Source of the DNA: an uncultured Candidatus Saccharibacteria bacterium
GTDB lineage: Bacteria; Patescibacteriota; Saccharimonadia; CAILAD01; GCA-016700035
Reading direction: 5' to 3'
Length of the DNA: 41,442 bases
NCBI GenBank assembly: GCA_964432055.1
Contig: CAYSMD010000003.1
Span: 1 to 41,442, forward strand
Part shown: piece after piece, positions 38,548 to 41,442 of the stretch
Numbering within the stretch: position 1 is the first letter of the stretch
How the letters are laid out: the number at the start of each line of letters is the position of its first letter
Notes under the pieces: generated by a model
What the model was told of the DNA's origin: nothing
The model's input: the letters and a program-made list of their open reading frames with translations, nothing else
The model's database searches: none
Made by a program: the position numbers and the translations under genes

Positions 38548-39687
38548 CTATGGATTCTGCAATTGTTCGGAGAGGTATTGAATAATTACTCGAGCAGCAT
38601 CTGGTCTCGCTAGTGAAAGCAGCCTTTTTTGGTAGTCGGCGTAGTTGCTGAAAATATCTTCCATCTCACGCAGGATATCAGTGCTTTTGCGGGCGACAGC
38701 CCCTAGCTGGTATTTTTCTACGAGCTCAGCGTTACCTTCTTCTTGGCCGGGAATGATCTTATTGATAATGAGTGGCTTACCGGCAGCGATACACTCCATG
38801 ACTGTCGAGCCTCCAGCCTTGGTAATGATCAGTTCGCTTGCCATAATGAGCTGCGGCATATCTTTCGTCCAGCCAAGCAATATGCTGTGCGGTGATTGCC
38901 AGGGGAAGTCGTTTTTCAGTGAATTATGTAGTGCTTCATCACGTCCGGTCACCACGACTAGTGAATAATCTGGATATTGGCTTGTGATTGCTCGCACTAC
39001 TCGCTTTACATAGCCGGTGCGGAGAGCTGATGCACTGAACAAAATTAGTTTTCTTTTTCTTGGAAGGCCCAATGTGTCTTTTACAGATGAAAAATCAAGG
39101 TTAGTGTGGCTAAATGATTCATGAACCGGGTATCCCAAAGCATGGATTTTTTTGCTCGCGACGCCGAGGGTGCTGAGACTTTCGGCGGTTGGCTCGTTAG
39201 CTACGATGTAATAATCACTGTCTGGAATGGTCCATGATGAGTGGACGGTAATTGAGTCGGTGACGAGCGTGACAAAATCAATGGTAGGAAAATATTTCTT
39301 CGCAAGCTGATAGGCAATGTACTGCCAGATCGGGTAGTTGGAAATAATGAGATCCGGCTTACTCTCTTCAAGGAGTTTCTTGAGATGGCTCCTTCTCAGT
39401 GGATAGCTGAGGAGATTCGCTAAACGGATTGGCGTATGGGTAATGTCGCTCGATACATACATCCATTTATAGAGTGCGGGCAGATGCTTTGTATTGATCT
39501 CATACATTCGCTTCGATGTCTTATTGAAGAGCTTACCAATTTCCTCTGAGAAATCGATGATCTTTACCTGAACACCAAGCTCGGGATGGCTTATGGCGGC
39601 TGACTCGAGAGCGCGTGCAGTTGCCATGTGGCCTTGGCCAAAGCTTGAAGACAAAATCAGGATAGTTTTTTTAGAAGGAGTTTTCAT
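38548..39687 (-). CDS. Diacylglycerol glycosyltransferase, MGDG-synthase / UgtP-like (GT28)
   Basis: N-terminal motif ILILSSSFGQGHMATARALE (MGDG_synth-type G-x-G-H). The C-terminal GT28 region is ITKAGGSTVMECIAAGKPLII...GQEEGNAE. Confidence 0.78.
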   Translation of the reverse strand: MKTPSKKTILILSSSFGQGHMATARALESAAISHPELGVQVKIIDFSEEIGKLFNKTSKRMYEINTKHLPALYKWMYVSSDITHTPIRLANLLSYPLRRSHLKKLLEESKPDLIISNYPIWQYIAYQLAKKYFPTIDFVTLVTDSITVHSSWTIPDSDYYIVANEPTAESLSTLGVASKKIHALGYPVHESFSHTNLDFSSVKDTLGLPRKRKLILFSASALRTGYVKRVVRAITSQYPDYSLVVVTGRDEALHNSLKNDFPWQSPHSILLGWTKDMPQLIMASELIITKAGGSTVMECIAAGKPLIINKIIPGQEEGNAELVEKYQLGAVARKSTDILREMEDIFSNYADYQKRLLSLARPDAARVIIQYLSEQLQNP

Positions 39688-40915
39688 AAGGGGTGTGTTG
39701 CTTGATGGTATTTTTATAGAGTTTTTCGAGAGCTTTTGCCTGGTTATCTATGGTGAGCTTCGAGGCCAAACTGTTGCCTTTTTTACCACACTCTTTAGCT
39801 TTTTGTGGATTCGCCATTAAGAATTCAATGGCATCCGCGTAGCTGGCACCAGTTGGCTTGGCGATTATGCCGGTTTCACCGTCTTTGGCGATTTGAGAAA
39901 TCTCTGGGTCCGAATACACGAGCGGCAGGCCGGCGTACGCTGCTTCGTTGAGTACTAGCGCTTGCGTGTCGGTCATCGAAGGAAAGAGAAAGGCATCAGC
40001 TTGCAGATATTGAGCAAGCGCTTTCTCGCGTGGCAGGCCGCCTGTCAGACTAACGAACTTCTCGAGCCCCTCGTTTTTTACTCGTTGCTTCACCTTAGTA
40101 AGGTAGTACGGTCCTGGACCAACGATCTTAAGGTGAAAATCAATTCCCTTATGAGCTAGTATCTTTGCGGCGTCAATAAGTACATCAATGTTCTTTTCTT
40201 TCGAGACCCGCCCAATATAGAGCAAAGAAAAGCCACCCTGTTTGCTCGGTTGCTCGAGTATTTGAAACTCCTCTGGGTTGAGGCCGGTTGGCAGAACAGC
40301 GATAGGGCGATTCACACCGTATGAGATCAGCTTATCCTTCATCTTTTGCGATGGCACGATAATTTGTCCGAAGTAAATGTAGGAGAGACGGATAAGATTG
40401 CGCACCATATTGTCATTCCACTCCTTGAAGGACTTTTTCGGACGAATGCCCTGCAAGGATTCCGGCCAGGCCTTTTGTTGGCCCACAAATAGTGGTCCAA
40501 ACAGGCTGGCGGTGAGTATGCCGGCCCACATTCCGCGATAAATCTTTGAATATTCTTCGTAGTCGGTGTGATAGTGAGCAACTGCCGGCATATCAAGTGA
40601 GAACATGAGTCGCATAGCACTGAGGCCGGTCACGCCATTTGTGTGAATGTGGTAAATATCGGCATCAAGGGCCTTGATTTTTGTGGCGTATTTAGGTGTC
40701 ATGATGCCATCGCGCATCTCCTTATACCAAACACCCGGTGTTGAAGGGAGGCGAATGACGTCTGGATGATCGTTGGGGGTTGGCTTGGCGGCTGCAGGCG
40801 CCACGATATACACGCGATGTCCAAGATCACGCAGGCCTTGCGCTGAAAGCTCTACAGCAGCCGAGACACCATTGAGATCAGGAAAGTAAAAATCAGTAAA
40901 GAAAACGATTTTCAT
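39671..40915 (-). CDS. Glycosyltransferase, GT4 family
   Basis: MKIVFFTDFYFPDLNGVSAAV at the N-terminus and FPSMTDTQALVLNEAAYAGLPLV in the C-terminal domain. It overlaps the downstream gene by 17 nt. Confidence 0.8.
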   Translation of the reverse strand: MKIVFFTDFYFPDLNGVSAAVELSAQGLRDLGHRVYIVAPAAAKPTPNDHPDVIRLPSTPGVWYKEMRDGIMTPKYATKIKALDADIYHIHTNGVTGLSAMRLMFSLDMPAVAHYHTDYEEYSKIYRGMWAGILTASLFGPLFVGQQKAWPESLQGIRPKKSFKEWNDNMVRNLIRLSYIYFGQIIVPSQKMKDKLISYGVNRPIAVLPTGLNPEEFQILEQPSKQGGFSLLYIGRVSKEKNIDVLIDAAKILAHKGIDFHLKIVGPGPYYLTKVKQRVKNEGLEKFVSLTGGLPREKALAQYLQADAFLFPSMTDTQALVLNEAAYAGLPLVYSDPEISQIAKDGETGIIAKPTGASYADAIEFLMANPQKAKECGKKGNSLASKLTIDNQAKALEKLYKNTIKQHTPYENSF

Positions 40916-41442
40916 GAGTAGTCACCTATCAGACTCTTATACAGTGTTTCATAATTATGTACGAGCGTCTTTGAGGCATAGCGGAGGGCTAGTCCATCTG
41001 ATAATTTCTGTTGTTTTTTATACATCTTGGGGTTTTCAATAAGTTTTTTTATAGACTTACTGAAGCCAGCATTTGTTGTTTCGGCTATATATGAGCCATC
41101 AAAGATATCGTGATAGACGGGGATGTTTCGTAGTACGATTGGCAATCGACAGGCTGCCGCTTCGACGACTACAAGACCAAATGTCTCCTGATAAGAGGGT
41201 AGCCAAAAGACGTCGGCTAGGTGGTAGAGCTTGCGCGCTACCGGTAGCTCAACAACGCCGGTAAACGTAACATTCTTGGGTGCTGATTTCATGAGTTGTT
41301 CCATGTTGGCAGTCTTATCTGCAAACTTCCCGAATGGGATACCGCCGATCCAGAGGAAATGATAATCGCTTAGCTCTTCCGCCACTAAGCGGAAGTCGGC
41401 GACGCCTTTGCGTGGCTGCACCTGTCCTGACGCCACGATGAC
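40912..41442 (-). CDS. Glycosyltransferase, GT4 family, C-terminal part only (the N-terminus lies beyond the window end)
   Basis: The reading frame stays open to the window edge. Motif LPSYQETFGLVVVEAAACRLPIV. A 4-nt overlap joins it to the downstream GT4 gene. Confidence 0.75.
   Translation of the reverse strand, partial: VIVASGQVQPRKGVADFRLVAEELSDYHFLWIGGIPFGKFADKTANMEQLMKSAPKNVTFTGVVELPVARKLYHLADVFWLPSYQETFGLVVVEAAACRLPIVLRNIPVYHDIFDGSYIAETTNAGFSKSIKKLIENPKMYKKQQKLSDGLALRYASKTLVHNYETLYKSLIGDYS

Noticed and set aside
1-41442. Looked for CRISPR arrays, transposases, integrases, prophage genes, toxin-antitoxin pairs and classical defence genes
   Set aside because: I found none. No regularly spaced direct repeats are present, and no ORF has recombinase, Cas, restriction or abortive-infection hallmarks that I could recognise by eye.

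Overview
This is a gene-dense 41.4-kb chromosomal segment of roughly 90% coding sequence. It reads mostly as housekeeping and cell-envelope genes. I saw no rRNA, transposase, integrase, phage gene or CRISPR array.

Supported content:
- Four tRNA genes: Gly-CCC (truncated by the window edge), Thr-CGU, Val-GAC and Pro-GGG. All four encode the 3' CCA.
- A type-A RNase P RNA at 29539-29929, with a near-consensus promoter.
- About 40 CDS, including:
  - translation and nucleic-acid genes: rplY, nrdR, dinB-like, thrS, miaA, rpmB, RNase H and comM;
  - peptidoglycan and carrier-lipid genes: murT-gatD and uppP;
  - the infC-rpmI-rplT operon. infC is absent from the ORF track because it starts with ATT;
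  - three glycan or glycolipid glycosyltransferase clusters.

TGA is used as a stop codon. The gene repertoire includes a giant LamG/FN3 protein, a wHTH-nucleotidyltransferase fusion, a PaaX-like protein and MurT/GatD. This suggests a small-genome monoderm-type bacterium, possibly CPR/Patescibacteria (Saccharibacteria-like). That placement is inference only.

The most unusual locus is a co-directional, almost gapless six-gene block at 5187-17028:
- a 2055-aa predicted surface protein, in which 13 Kelch-like repeats appear nested inside a split LamG domain, followed by an FN3-type array;
- a MacB/FtsX-type ABC pair;
- a CHASE4-like sensor with no kinase transmitter;
- a multi-TM histidine kinase;
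- a receiver-only response regulator.

Other items worth follow-up:
- a T-box-like antiterminator in the thrS leader, whose UGGA bulge matches the U73 discriminator of the tRNA-Thr in this window;
- a 228-nt gene-free interval holding a 14-bp long-range helix and a terminator, which may be an sRNA or a structured 3' UTR;
- paired DnaA boxes and an NrdR-box-like palindrome at the nrdR promoter;
- several apparently leaderless genes.
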